Positions 1-13,685 of a DNA stretch of 64,000 nt are shown piece by piece (within the stretch, counting starts at the first letter, position 1; every line of letters starts with the position of its first letter). Both the position numbers and the translations under genes were made by a program. The DNA is from Pseudovirgaria hyperparasitica (Eukaryota): NCBI GenBank assembly GCA_010093815.1, contig ML996573.1; one strand, 5' to 3'. The notes below the pieces were generated by a model. It was not told the origin of the DNA, made no database searches, and worked only from the letters and a program-made list of their open reading frames with translations.

Positions 1-1548
1 AGCAACCCGGGCGGCCTACTCCCTTCCTCCTCGACCGCTGCACACACGTATTGCAACGTCGTCCTCACAACCCTTTGATCTGGGCAACTTGCCCGTTCCA
101 ACACCGCACATGGTGTTGTGCTGGGCCAGCTTTTGCCCTCACCAATGAGACTCTCCACCAGAGCACTCAAACGATGTAGCGCCATCAAGAACACCACAGT
201 CCTCGATTCCACATATTCGGGGCTCTCCAGCATCGCGCCCTTCCTCCCGGTTCCCGTACAGATAAGCACCTGATCCGCCACGCCTCGATGCGTACACGGT
301 ATCCCAGCAAACAAAGGTGCACTCAATGCGCTCGTGATGCCCGGCAGCACAGTTGGCGTGAATCCATGCTCTCTGAAAAAATCGAATTCCTCCGCCCCTC
401 GACCGTAAATATAGGGGTCCCCTTGTTTTAGTCTCACAACCCGCTTGCCGGCACGAAGGCCCTCAAGACCCATCCGTAGAAGCTCATCTTGGGCAGCGTC
501 GGCGTTGCCGGGGAATTTACGCGCGATGTAGACTGTGGCCCGACGCGGGACAAGGTCAAGTACGGGCGATGGAACAAGTTTGTCAGCGAGGACAAGATCG
601 GCGGAGAGGATTGCTTTATGTGTTGCGGTTGTGAGGAGATCTGGGTTACCGGGTCCAGAGCCCGCGAGCGCGATGCGACCGCCTTGAGTGCGCGTGTCGA
701 GAGTGGCAGGCTTGAGACCAGAGGAGTCGCTAGACGTGTAGCTACGCAACACAGAGTCGACGTCTGCGTCTGTGATTGCAGCGAGACGGCGCAGCGGCCA
801 GTACTCACAAATCTGCGCGAGCCATCTTATCCTTCTCATCTTCGCAGCCTCAGCATCTTCAGGCGTCACTAATTGATTGAAAGTAGCCGTCTGCCCCGAG
901 TCTTCTTCATCGGCTTCGTGGTCCATGGCGAGCTCTGCAGCATGGTCTTCCTCCCATATTCTGCGACGCATGGTGCCGAGGCGCTCCACGGCCTGGCCGA
1001 TGTGTGAAGGGAGGGCGGAGACGACCTCGCGGCGAATGCGGGCAGCGAGCTTGCAGCCCTTGCCGGAGGTTGTGACGCCAATTTGGAGAGCGCCGTCTGT
1101 GTGCGTGGAGAGAAGGGTGAAGGTACAGAGATTAGGGGCGTCGGCGACGTTTATGGGGATACGGAGGCGGCGGCAGAGGGTCGAGATGTGTGTGCCTTGA
1201 GTACGTCAATAGGTGATCGTGCAGTCTGAATATCCATCTTCTGTACTCACTGAGTGGGTTCTTCGACCCAAGAGTTACAAAGACTGCGTCCACGACACGG
1301 TCCGTCTCGTCCCTCCCTAGGCTAGTCAAGTCCTCATCGCGAAAGTCGCGCTTGATCCATTCGACGTCGCCTTCATCTACCCGCTTCGTTACACCATAAT
1401 GCACAGTAGCGTGCTCGGATGCAATGAGCTTGGGGATCGCGCCGACCTCGAGCGAGCGCGTACACCTTGCGCCAGCCAGGGGATTTGAGCCGATGATCAA
1501 GTGGACATGTGAGGTGGAGTCCACAGCTGTGAGAAGCGCAGGAGACAT
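1..1548 (-). CDS. MET1: Uroporphyrinogen-III C-methyltransferase / siroheme synthase; 3' end lies outside the window
   Basis: ATG at 1548 (MSPALLTAVDSTSHVHLIIGSNPLAGARC). Intron 1250..1196 (GTGAGT...AAG). Spliced frame reads IPINVADAPNLCTFTLLST...GKGCKLAARIRRE, later RLKQGDPYIYGRGAEE and PGITSALSAP (tetrapyrrole methylase motifs). Confidence 0.93.
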
Positions 1549-2302
1549 CGAGGAAGTGTTCGCACTGGTGAGCAGAGCAGTGAGCGATGAGGGTTGCAAT
1601 ATCTGCGTCTGAAGAGACAGCTGATTGCTGCTTGTTCAGGATAGAGGGTCGGAAAGCGATGTACAAGGAGGCACATCCAGCACCACACAAGAGACCATGA
1701 TGTCTGGACGTGATTGTTATATTATACTGCAATGAAGCCAAGAGTCTCTCGCGACGGAGAAATCGGCTCGTCGAAACGGGTCGTCGAATGAAAGCGCGCG
1801 CATTTGTCTGTTAGTGATGGTGCAATCTGCTCCCGATGCCGGCTTCTGGAAGTTTTCTCTGCCCCGATAACGATAAGATGCCGGGCTAAGCCTAAAAGAG
1901 TAGTCTGTCCTCTTTTTCTGTTCGTCCACCGCGGAGATGGAAGGCGTGTGTTGACGCTGCCGTGGAGATGCGCATCGATGTGAAGTGAATAGGCCAGAAC
2001 AACAAAGAGGAAAGATGGTAGATCGTAATTGTCATTAGTTGTTGATATAATAAACACCAACCAGGTATCATGCAAATATTGAAGCCGTGACGAAAACCCA
2101 GATGTCCATGCCCCCCGCCATGCCCCGCCAATGCAGCCTGGATGATTGATAACTGGCCTGGGTATGAAATCGATGCATCGCCGAAACCTCAACCAACCCC
2201 TGACTAAGCTGATTTCTTTCTTTGGGGTAATTATGCCATCCCATCCACCCACCGGAATACACACTGTCAGATCATAGATGCATCCTCAACAGGCTCATCT
2301 CA

Positions 2303-4217
2303 TCAATGCCCACACAACCCTGTGCCCTGTAACTGGGCCTCACTCATCAACACACTTGGCCGTCCCTGTCCCATACTCAGCGCTACATTGCCTGTCGCGT
2401 CGGCAACGTAGACATTGCAAGTCAGCACTTCCACCACATTCGCACCCGTCGTAAAACCCATCCCACTCGTCGTCAGCGTGTAACTCGCCACGCTACTGCC
2501 CTCATTACTCAGCACTGTCCTGACTGGATCTTTGCGCATTTGGATCACATTCGACGAATACGTCAGCACCCAGTTCTGGTACTGCGCGTATCCTGGATAT
2601 CCTGACGCCGGAGTTGCTAGCATAGCTGAATTGCGGATCTGGTTGAGTAGCGCAATGTGCTTGTACAACTCCGCATTGGTGTTGTACTTTTGTAGCCAGA
2701 TGGCCTCGCGACAACCGGGGTCGTCGCCGCCAGCGAGATGCGATTCCTGGCCCTGGTAGACGATGGGCACACCATCGCCCAGCATAGTGTATGCGATGGC
2801 GTTCTTTGCGAGTGCTAGGTCGCTGGTGCCGGCCGGGAAGCGCGCATTGTCGTGGTTCTCGATGAAGCTGAAGGCCATTGTTGTGTCTTTGCAACCGCCA
2901 TCCTTGCACAGGCCTAGATTGTATACAATATCCGACATGTCAGTCTGCTGCTGGAACACGCGTGTTATAGAGTAGTACATTGGGTAGTCGGTTATGGCGT
3001 CTATGTACTGCATATATGGGTACGCATATGCGTAGTTTCCATCCGAAACCTCGCCAAAGCAAAGGATACCGGCCGAAGCGCAGAACGACGACCAGAAGCC
3101 CGTCTCGACATTCTTGACCGAGTCAATACGAAGACCGTCGATGGAGTAATCAGAGACAATCTTGGAGATCCACGCTCCGAACATGCTTCGTACGTTGCTG
3201 TCTTCTGTTTTCAAGTCAGGCATGAGGATTGTTTTGGGGTCTCCAAGCCAGCAGAGCTCTACTTGTGTTTGGTCCTGCCAGTTGCTGACGTTGCAGTAGG
3301 AGTGGTAATATGTGGCATCGTTGAAGGGATTCATGATGCTGTCATCTACCGTGTCTGCAGCTCCAGCCCATCCCATATGGTTAGTGACTATGTCCACCAT
3401 GAGGTACATGCCTCTGCTGTGAAGAGCAGCGGATAAGTCTTTCAGATCCTGAGCAGTGCCAAAGTTGGAGTTGACGCTGTACAGGTCTGTCTGCCAGTAG
3501 CCATGGTAGCCACCGTCGATGTTCAGAGTGATTGGAGATATCCATATCTAAGATGCAACCTGGAATGAGCACAGTGTTGTGGTGATAGTGGTTGGGCATG
3601 GATGCGAACATACTGCGGTAAAGCCCATGCCATGGATGTAATCCAGTTTGTTGATTATGCCCCTCCAAGTCCCACCGCAATACTTGTTGCTTTTGACATT
3701 GCAAGCAGCGGTCGTACTTCCGTCAGTCCTCGCAAATCTGTATTCGCATTGTAAGCGCAGAGCCTAGGAAGATTGACAAGAGAAAAGAAGTTTGTTGCAC
3801 AGGGAGATGTGGAGGACCAAGACAGCGGATGTCGGGCGGCTGAAACCCCGGTAGCGGGCAGCCAGGCCAGCAGAAGCAGCCCAGATCAGCCGGCTGTTGT
3901 GCCCACTTCAGAATGCAGTACACCGCCACCGCCTTATGTGATCCCAGTACATCCTGACTGTTACCCCACAGGATCGACGACTTATGTTCTATGGGGAAGT
4001 CCGGAGCTGACCTGGTCGTCGCGTGCTATGCAGACTCTGTACCCCCCGGACCGTGTTGCAGAAAGGGACATTGCATTGATGATGCAGAATAGATACACAC
4101 ACACCTGTCTGTAAACACTTGGTAGATGCTTCGTCCTCGCCAGTCCGCTACCTTGGCTGCCAGCGCCAGAGGCGAGAAGATTGTCCACAGGAGGAAAAGT
4201 TTCTTTAGAGCTGCCAT
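2303..4217 (-). CDS. Secreted GH13 alpha-amylase (Taka-amylase-like), ~493 aa, 3 exons
   Basis: Signal peptide, then [75 protein letters not shown]. Introns 4104..3738 and 3613..3548. No CBM20 or GPI-like tail seen. Confidence 0.95.
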
Positions 4218-6494
4218 CGTGCTGGTTTGTATACGTTCTGGCGATTCCTCGTCTCAAGACCTGTATCGGTACAGCGTCGCAGGGGGTGGTTGCACGGCTA
4301 AGATCGGTGGCTGAGGGCTTCCAACTTTCCACGGAGCTTCTGGAAGATCAAATCGAAGCATCCTGAAGGATTCATTCGGCTTTTATACAGAAGTCATTCA
4401 ATCTCTGTAGCGTCCAACTGCCTGTCTGAGAGGAGATTCAGTCAGGCGCTACTCAGAGTGCATCTCACTCTCCGACCTTGCATCATATCAATCCTCCGAT
4501 GCGCCGCCATGTGCAGAGCGTCCACCACGATGCCGCGACGACGGAGTGAATGCTCCCTTGGAAAGTCAGAATCAACAGACACGTCTCTACACACCAAAAT
4601 GCACCCTCAGACGCGCACCTTGCCGGATCTGGACATTCCTTGACCAGGTTGGGTGGCGCATGACCGTCTCACCACACTGGCAGTTTACGATACGTCAGTA
4701 AAAGCCGCGTCGTTGTCCTATGGCAATGCTGGATATGGCTGTGCGACACCAGCTATTTCACTCTGGCTTTCCCCGCAAATGCTTTGCACTTCCCAATATG
4801 TCGTCCTTGTGATGCTTGGCGTCGCCTCAAATGCCATGCGTTCAAAATAGATCCTCCAATCACTGCTGGGCCACACTAGCAAGCCGCATAAAGCTTGCTC
4901 TTTCATGCTCTGTCTTGCATCATCTCCTTTTCTGTCGACCCAATAGCTGTTCTTTCTTTTAGCCGCTCATCCTCATCCTTCTTTACGGCCTGCCATGTCT
5001 GATTTCGCAGACTGAATGTCAGTTGTCATCTTGCATTAGCGCTCACTAAGACAATGGAAGAGTCGTTGGCTCCGCATCATGGAAGTGAATTTCGCGGGGT
5101 AAGTGCCGAAACAGATCTTTCTCCAGCCGTGAGTCAAGAACATCTGGTCAGAATGAGGCATAGCCGTAATAGCCGTCGCCCCTCTAGACTTATATATCCG
5201 TGTGATCGAAATTTCCAGGCTTCTTCTGTTGTACAGCACGAACTCTGTGCCGTCACATGTCCGTCTTTCTTTGGTTGATCTGATGCGCTCTTGACAGGAC
5301 TCCCCGTAAATCTGTCAGGGGCAAGAGGAATCCGTTTTGAAAACACTCCCTTAAGCCGGACGCTCCGGCCGTTAAAGGCAGATACAAAATGCGATTTCGT
5401 CCATAGAAAGCACGAGCCACGAAGGTACTGTTAGGATCTTCCAGAGGCCTCAATATTCGCCAAGCTCTTGATGTTGTGACGAGTATCATAGCAGGGTCTA
5501 TCACTGGGATACTAGTTCACGGGTCGCCACGAACGCCACAGCCGTAAGCTTGCGCGTTGCTATATTAGCCGTAGCCATCTCGTAGAGCTTGACTGCGGAT
5601 GTTGCAGTCAAATTTTCATTGACGAGTGAGTCGGAGCTTCTGTGAGTCGTCAGCGCCGTCATCAAACACCTTTCAGCCCCTGTTGATGCGGAAAGGTGCG
5701 GAGAAGATGAGCACGAACCATGCTGTTTTGACACGAACGTGACATTATATCGTGGCTGCAAACCAGGGGGCGCTGGAGCATCCATCAATGAATATTGGTG
5801 ATATCCCTTGTGGAGTGGAAATCCCTTCCGGATCGAAGCACCAGGAAAGAGCGAAGTTTAGAAGGAGGAGTTAGGTCATGAGCCTAATCAACTCCCATCC
5901 CTACTGACCACGGACGTGGAATAACGAGCCGAATCTTTCACGATTTGGTGTGAAGTCTTGATGCTGTGATGATGCTTGTAACACAAGTTATTAGTGGTGG
6001 CAAAATGTTACATGAACATGAGCTATGCGGTGTGTCTCACAAAGAATGGTACTCATGGCCGTTGAAGATTCAGGCTGCGAGGAAGGAGGTCACATTCGTA
6101 ACGTCGCTGACATCTTTGCCAATGGCAATAAATGTCTCCACATCTGCTCAGTCGTGCGATCGTTGGGTGGCTACTAAAGTAAGTAAGTGTTAGGCGGATT
6201 TCAGCTACTGCTTTTCGTCCAGTGTTGGTTATCACAAAGGAAAAAACGAATGTGATAGCGACTACAGAGTTTCACTAGTCTTCTTAATAAAGCCTTCTGC
6301 TCCAGAAGTAGTCTATTTTACATCTTTCGTTTCGTGAGTGGTACGTACAACTCTTATGCCATGTCCGTCGTAATTCAAATAACCGCCAGCTCCCAGCACA
6401 GGCAGTGATGCACATTGATGAACCCCACACTTATGCACCAACCCCTAGATACTCCCAAGATAATCAAAACAACGCCAACACTGATGAAATCCGT

Positions 6495-7903
6495 CTAGAA
6501 CGGTTTCGGCCATTCCTGGCCCTCTATAGAATCATTACATTTCGAGTCGAAGCTCCCGCGTTCCTTCGAGGCTGACGGATTCTTCCTCGCATCGATTTCG
6601 GACAGTTCTTGGATATCTCCTAATTCCAGAGGCTCGGTACGCACCTCAACAGTGGTCGATGTCTTCACGCCCCTGAGGTAGTGGATATCGCTGACTAGAT
6701 GGTCTGTGCTGTTGTGTCGGCTAAGCCCCCGGCCTTTGTTCCTACCCTTGCCTCCTCCAGCAGCTACAATTATTGTGGTCGTTCCGAAACGTGATTCTAT
6801 GACGCCAGGTATCTGAAATGTTTCCAGACCAATCTTATCTTCGGGCGGCTCATCTCCGAAGATCATGATCTTCCTTGTCAAGGTGTAGAGCAGGACATCC
6901 ATCCAGCCATTGCTCGTGATCATACTACCAGCGAAACAAAGGACTTCGACCGAGGGTGACATGCGGGTGCTCATGCTCGCCATACGTGCTGATGCAAGAG
7001 GGACGGTACATATTACGTATACGAGCGGGTAGACGACCATGAGTTTGGCAGCTTGCTTTGCTTTCTTTGCTTCATCTACCGAGAACGAACTGGACCGTAT
7101 GCGTTGGTTTAACATAAAGTAAATGCTGGCGTAGATGAAGACGGTGCCAAACTCTGCGATGAAGATAAAGAAGTAATGGGTCCACAGGCGGAGGTCACCG
7201 TAAGAGCTGTTGATCCAACACTTTTGATAGTTAGCAATGTGAGACGGAGATGCGGTGGCCAAAAGTCACATACCCAAGCCCCAGCACGAACATATATGTC
7301 ATGTGGATACATGATTACTGGAATCACAGATGCCACATAGACAAAGACCCAGCAGATCAGGACCGTTGATAAGAAGTATGGCATCGGGAGGCGATAATTC
7401 AGGATGACTGTAGAGAATGTGTGAAGGCCAATGGCGAGGCAGAACACACCACTTGATAGGTCACCTGTTGAGATGAACCATCCCTGGGCCCAACATGAGT
7501 TCGAGGTCACGTTGATAGCGTTACCGGCGAGCCATTCTGCATTCTGCATCTTGTTAGCTCACACGACCAGCGACGACGTGGGATATTTGCGGCAATTACT
7601 CACCAGAAGGAACGCCAGCGATTGTTGAACATCCGCGAGGATTAAGTTGAAGATGAGAATAGCGAACTGATTGGATCCTTTTCCGGCTCTCATCCAACTG
7701 TCTCGAGGTTAGCACAGAGCCTAGGTTAATCTGTGTTGGGAGACTTACGAAATCAATCTATAAGAGAGAAGAACCAACAAGCCGAACGATGAAGCGAATG
7801 ACAAGAATCCAAAGAAGGTAACTGCTATTAAACCTTTAAAATGACCATCCGGCAGTGGAGAGAGAGAGGTTTGGTCTGGTTTCAAAAGCGACACATCCAA
7901 CAT
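6495..7903 (-). CDS. Git3/Gpr1-class (GprC/GprD-like) G-protein-coupled receptor, ~414 aa, 4 exons
   Basis: Exons 7903-7749, 7697-7604, 7543-7274 and 7220-6495 splice in frame. Multiple TM segments; motifs NLILADVQQSLAFLL, CWAQGWFISTGDLSSG, RAGAWCWI, YPLVYVICTVPLA, SNGWMDVLLY. Confidence 0.85.
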
Positions 7904-10831
7904 GATGGAGACCTAGGAGCAGTGGTGCTTGGCAAGTTTACGTAGGTAACGAAGGAAATACAGTGTAAAAGATAGATGTCAGCTGGATGAGCTGGGACTA
8001 GAAAGAGACGTCCACCATGCTACGTGACTCTTGCTGTGTTGTTGTGCTGCGTTACTGTCCTACGAAAGTGAACAGTGGCGAGCAATGGAATATGAACAAT
8101 GATAGCGGCGAGGTTCACTAATAGTAGGTGTAAAGCTCAGGTGTGTTTAAGGTTGTATGTGTTGCGTGTAGTTGCCAGATGGCGGCTCTATGTAATACTA
8201 TGTAATTGTGCGTACTCACACCACCCGCCCACATGGCCACGCCCGCTTCTCTGCATGCGGTCTGTATCCCGGACGTTTGGAGTGCAAGGTTCAGTCTTGG
8301 CCCTTGGGTCCACCTTGCTGTGTGCAAGGAATCTTCTACCTCGATACCCACCAGGCACTTGTTGACCAACACTCTCCACTCGGTCAGTCCCAAAGTGGAT
8401 GCGCTAGAAGAGACCGGGTTCGGTGCGTGCACGCCATCTGACGCTATCTGACGCTTTTGGCTTCTCCCGCCTTACGCATACAAACATATATATAAATAGT
8501 TATGGTTATACCCACGAGTACCATACGTGACTCTGCACCCACGTACCAGGAGTATTCATGGCCAGAGCTCTTGGCCTGCTGCCCATAAATGCCCGACCAT
8601 GATAATGCATCTGGATCTAATGCATCATTGCTATGGGCTACATCTTCCCCCTTAGCCTTCGGAAATGAAGATCGTGTGAACCTCGACCGTGGAGGATAGG
8701 AAAGCGATGAACTGCGATGAACATATATTCAACGTGGTTCCGAGTGGAAGGCTGTTCTCGCCCCCAATGCAACAACATGTCGATCTGTCTCGTTGCGAAA
8801 CTCCCGCGGCGGGCCGGAGAAAACAGGAACCGCTTCAAAGAAGTAGCCGTAGCCTTGCCTGCATATTACTGTGAGCATGGTACTATCCATGTACACAGTA
8901 GAGCAGCAGTGTTGTGGTAACGCGATGATATAGTACATAGTGTTTTATAACATTGCTACTGCTGAAGAGTACATTGGGTTCGAGAATTGGCTAAATGGTT
9001 CACACGCACAGTAGGTCCTGGCGCATAATTCACACACGACTTAAGTGCATCAATTGATACAATATAGCCTCTTTGTGCCTTGCATGTTTGACCAGGGAGC
9101 TGGAGCCTGAGGGAGGGTACTGGCGTGCCGAGAATTATCCGACGCTCACTTCATCCTGTCCGTATGTGATATAGATGCTGTTGGTGAGAGAATGAAATTG
9201 GTGGGATCAATGCTGGGCAGCCTGGGCTCGTATCCATCAATCCATGATCCCCGTGCGGGTAGCAAAATCAGAGTGGTAATATACGCCAGGAGGTGTTCGG
9301 ATAAGGCCTCGTGCTGACGGACGGATGGGCTGGTCGGATGTCGAGTTCAGGGGTGATCGCATGATGTCCCAAACGCCGATGTGCCTAGAGCTGTGCAGCG
9401 ACACCTGATCCGAGCGCGATCCATTCTCCAAGCGTGTATCATGGATGGGATGATATTATCATGGACTGATGTCGTCGACTGACATTTGGGATGCCGACCC
9501 GCAGTCCGCCCCTCAGACCTGTGGGACCTTTCGAGCCCCCATGTGTAAATAGTGGTGGAAGTGCCGAGTCTCCAGACGCTTTCGTCGACCAAACCTGGTA
9601 TCAGTTTGCGCTCCCACTAACAACAGAACACCTTGACATATGGTAATGTACATAGTACTTACTACTGATTAATTACTACCGGCCACGGCGACTAGGCAGC
9701 ACTATCGTGTGCATACTATTCCATTCCCCCTTTGACCCTTAGTACTGTGTACGTAGCGTTGTCCTTCAGACGCCGCGGCTCGAGGTCCATGCAGGTCAGG
9801 GACCCCAGCGTCTTGACTCGCCGTCTTGACTAATTATGGTTTGCTGCGATTCGACCATCTTGCTTTGCGAATTCGTGTACAGTATTTCATCTTCGGTTTT
9901 TGGACCGTCTTGTAATTGTCATCGTCGAGTCGTGGCCCTTGTCACATCTGTACCGTGGGCTTGGCTGTGGTTTCGAGATCTGCAGCGTCGCTTAGATCCT
10001 TATCCTAGCAAGCTGTGCGTGCTCGTGCTCAGCCATCAGCCTTCAGAGTTCAGCCCTTAGGGACGACAGGGCAGACAAGGGCACTCGACGCATGGATCGC
10101 GACATGAGTGGTGAGAAGGACAAACGCAGTATGTGGTAGCATCGCATTTGAATACACGAAACGTAGTTGTAAGACAAGGAGCTTCCTTTCATTTCGAGAA
10201 CAACGCTAGTCGAGCTGGCTTTGGCTTGACACCACGTGGAGCTGTAACGTGTGGAAGTGGCAGCTTAATCGGAATCCCACGATCTCCATCATCCGGGTAA
10301 TGGGTACAAAGCCAGTCATCTTTGAAGTAATCATTCGCTTTCCCTAGAGCGTATCTCATCTGCTTGACTCAAGTTACGAGAGCAGGATCCGTATTTCTTC
10401 CTTCTATCGGTAGAGCCTTGTTGCTCGCATGAGACTGACCCTCTATCATTGGCTCGACTCGTGGAAATTTAAGCTTTCGGGTGGGTGCTTTAACTACTTC
10501 TACCACGAGCAGCCTCAGGACACGAGCTCGAGTGGTCGGAACTATACTAACTGTGCAAGCCGGCATGTCACGGCCTATTAAGGAGATTGTAATGAAAGAT
10601 CTAAGCGGAGATGAGAGGAGCACTCGCCCTTTGTACAATTATCAAGCCTCCTCGCGTCTCAATGGACCTCGTCGGCCCAAAGTCTTTCATAGGCCGAGTC
10701 ATAAAAATATCCAATGCCCAGGAAATGCAGGAGTACCATAGCGCTCCAGTATGCGCCATACAATGCGAAAAATATCGTACAGTTTACCGTTCATGCATAA
10801 GAAGATGGAAACGTCCAGACCGGTTCAACCT

Positions 10832-12028
10832 TCACACTTTCGAGGTTGAGCCGAGAAGTTTCAAAACAGATTCGTAGGTGCCGAACATGATCGCAGCACT
10901 GGGTACAACGCGTAGCATGTGAGGCACGAGACCACCATATAGACTTGCCATGCCCTCCTCCTTGAAGATGAGTTTAAAGCATTGTACAAGTCCGGTGTAC
11001 TTAATTTGGCCATTCTCCGTTGGGGCAAGTCGTAATCGCGTGCGGACGACCTCGTGCGGGTAAGTGACAAGCGCGGCCACAAACTTCGCTCCGCCCGCAA
11101 CGAAGAGTTGACCAGTCCAAGATACTGTGTCATCCCACGCAGTCCTTGCTTTTCCGGACCTCTCTTGTCGCTCTTGTCGCTCTTCCAGGTATAACTTGCC
11201 CTGTTCATACAGAACCCACTGCATCGTACTTTCCGCGACGCCCAAGTAACTTGCCGTAAGGCCGCGGTACAACCCCTTGATGCCTTCTGTGCGGACTGTT
11301 TGTAGCGTACAGTCCAATGCATTCTGATATTGCCGTCCACCAGTTACGCGAGCATTGGCTTTGTCGAGTTGTAGTCTCGTCTTCACTAGCCATATAGGAT
11401 TTGTAGCAGTCCCAGTTGCAAGTCCTGCAGAGGCGGCAGAGCATACATGTACCCAGGCCGTCTCTTTCCCTCCATTGAAATGGGCGCTGATGAGATTTTT
11501 ACTATTGCCGTAAACATAGAAGTTGATTGCGCGAGCAGGTACGACTCCTATAAGATTCGGACCAAGACCTTTGAACAGCGCTCTCCACCCTTCTGCACGT
11601 GGAACCGCGAATAGTATCTGAAATGTTTCGCGGACGTGGAGGAGTGAACTGCGCGTGAAAGACATCGTCTCAATCGGGGGTAAGCCTCGCGCGTGTCTAG
11701 AAGCAACAAGTTGCTGTTGATAATAGGTAGACTGCAGCCGAGTCTTCAATACGTCTAACGGTGCTGTCAGTGTCGCTGCCGCCATTCCGCCTGCGCTGCA
11801 AAGACTTTAGCTATGATACTTGCGCGGTATATTGCCTGATGCTTACGCTCCAGCGACGAGATGAGCCCATGATTTGGCAAAGGGTGAAGGTTTTGCTCCC
11901 AACCTTGAACCATCGCTTGATACTGGATAGACGGCATCTCCGACTTCTCTTGATTGCGGCAAAGCAGCGTGCTCTACCGCAGTGCGCGCATGTTGCGCTT
12001 CCGGATTGGGTGGCGCGTCGAAAATCAT
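10832..12028 (-). CDS. RIM2: Mitochondrial carrier, pyrimidine nucleotide transporter Rim2/Mrs12
   Basis: Three carrier signatures (PLDVLKTRLQ, PIWLVKTRLQ, PHEVVRTRLR), plus FAKSWAHLVAG and GLGPNLIGVVPARAINF. Intron 11846..11796. Confidence 0.9.
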
Positions 12029-12317
12029 ATAAGTGGCGGAGATGAAGAGTCTGGGGAAGATGAAAAATAATGCGTAAAGACTTTTCTATAAGCTGGTCGA
12101 TAATCTTGCGATAGAGACGGGTGTTTGGAAGAGACCTTGCACAATAGTTCGAAAGGGCACCGAAGCTAGAATTTTAAGTGGGTCTAGCTACGGGATCGTG
12201 AGATCACCGCCGCCATTCCCGTCAGAGACGTGCTGTGTAGCTATCCACCACGGTACCTAATACTTTGATGTTTGGAATCGTTGACCGCACCCCGAAAAAA
12301 CTCAGCTCGATATCATT

Positions 12318-13109
12318 ATGATCCCCACGTATGCTTGTCTTGCACGTGCTGGGTTCTGGAAGAGAACACTCGAAGAGGCTGCTACGTTTACGCGACAAGG
12401 TAAGTGCTCTTCATCGTGATGAGGACACACTTCTGACATGGGTTCACCAGCTGTGACGTTTGAAAATGCCCGTGAACCGTCGGGGCCCCTCCATTTGATA
12501 AATTTCGATTCGCCCGACAAGATCGAAGAATGCAAAGTCATGGGCGACTTTCATCTCAGTGGGTTCTCAACAGCAGACCTCGATTACCATGCTGTGGCCC
12601 CTGGTCAGCCTTCACATGCTCGATTTCATGGCAACATATCTCTTGAACTACCACCAAATAGGCCAGAGATACAGAGGTCTGGTTTTGCCGGCTGGAGAAC
12701 ACGCGACCAGCAGCGAACTCTGTTTGGTAGACCTACCTGGAATACCGATCGATACCGATATCTAGCTGTACTTTTCAAGTCAGACGCACGTAAATACTAC
12801 ATAAACCTACAAACCAAATCTATCGTTCCTACAGATATACATCAGCATCGTCTGTACGCTAAAAAGCCGGGTGAATGGGAGACGGCATGGATAAATTGGG
12901 ATGATTTTGTGAGAACAAATCATGGATTGGCTGTCGAGCCCCAAACAGAAATGAACCGGCAGTATGTTAAAAGTATTGGTATCAGTATCATCGATCGTGT
13001 ACCTGGCACATATGATTTGAGCATAGCGAAGATGTGGGCCACAAATGAGGACCCAAGACCAGTGGAAGAGGACTATCAAGGCACGGAACAGCCTGTTGAG
13101 CAACGATAA
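12318..13109 (+). CDS. CIA30: Complex I intermediate-associated protein 30 (NDUFAF1 family)
   Basis: ATG 12318 with a presequence-like start; intron 12400..12450. Motifs HARFHGNISLELP, RSGFAGWRT, IVPTDIHQHRLY, FVRTNHG. Known neighbour of ascomycete MAT loci. Confidence 0.9.
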
Positions 13110-13685
13110 TGCATTACGGCAGAAATCGTCTTCTTGGATGGGCGCACTTGGGTAAAACATACATACTGGTGTTAGGCGGTCAAAAATGGATTAGCGATGC
13201 TGCATGCATATAAATGTATATCTACGCATAAGTATGGTGTCACATAATAATCGTGATACTTGCCAAGGCCCTGATTACTCTGCCTCTGCTCCAAGGGATG
13301 TAATTAACGTCCACGGGTAGATTGAAACATTCGGTCTGTTCCATCACGTCAGCACGTGATACCGCGTTTTCACACCTCAGCGTTTGCACCAGAGTGGCCA
13401 CACTTTCCCTTGCCAAGTTACAACTCTAGCACTTCGACGGTGATCACATATAAAGCTGGGATTTTATGACTGGATTCAGATAGAAGAATTCGATTCGAGT
13501 CCCGTATCAAAGTCCTTTACTACGGTGTGTTTTGCGGGGATGCTGGTGCACACTTCAATTACTGACCTGACGTCAAGAATGGAAGCCTGACTTGCTCTCG
13601 CTAGCGGCTTACAGACCAATTAGAGAATTCTGTGCTCAGTAACTAATACAGAAAAGCGATATGCTGTTAAACCGATAGACGCGAC

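Noticed and set aside
4218..6494. CreA/AmyR sites or hidden genes upstream of the amylase
   Set aside because: SYGGRG matches are too short to be meaningful, and the ORFs are short and featureless.
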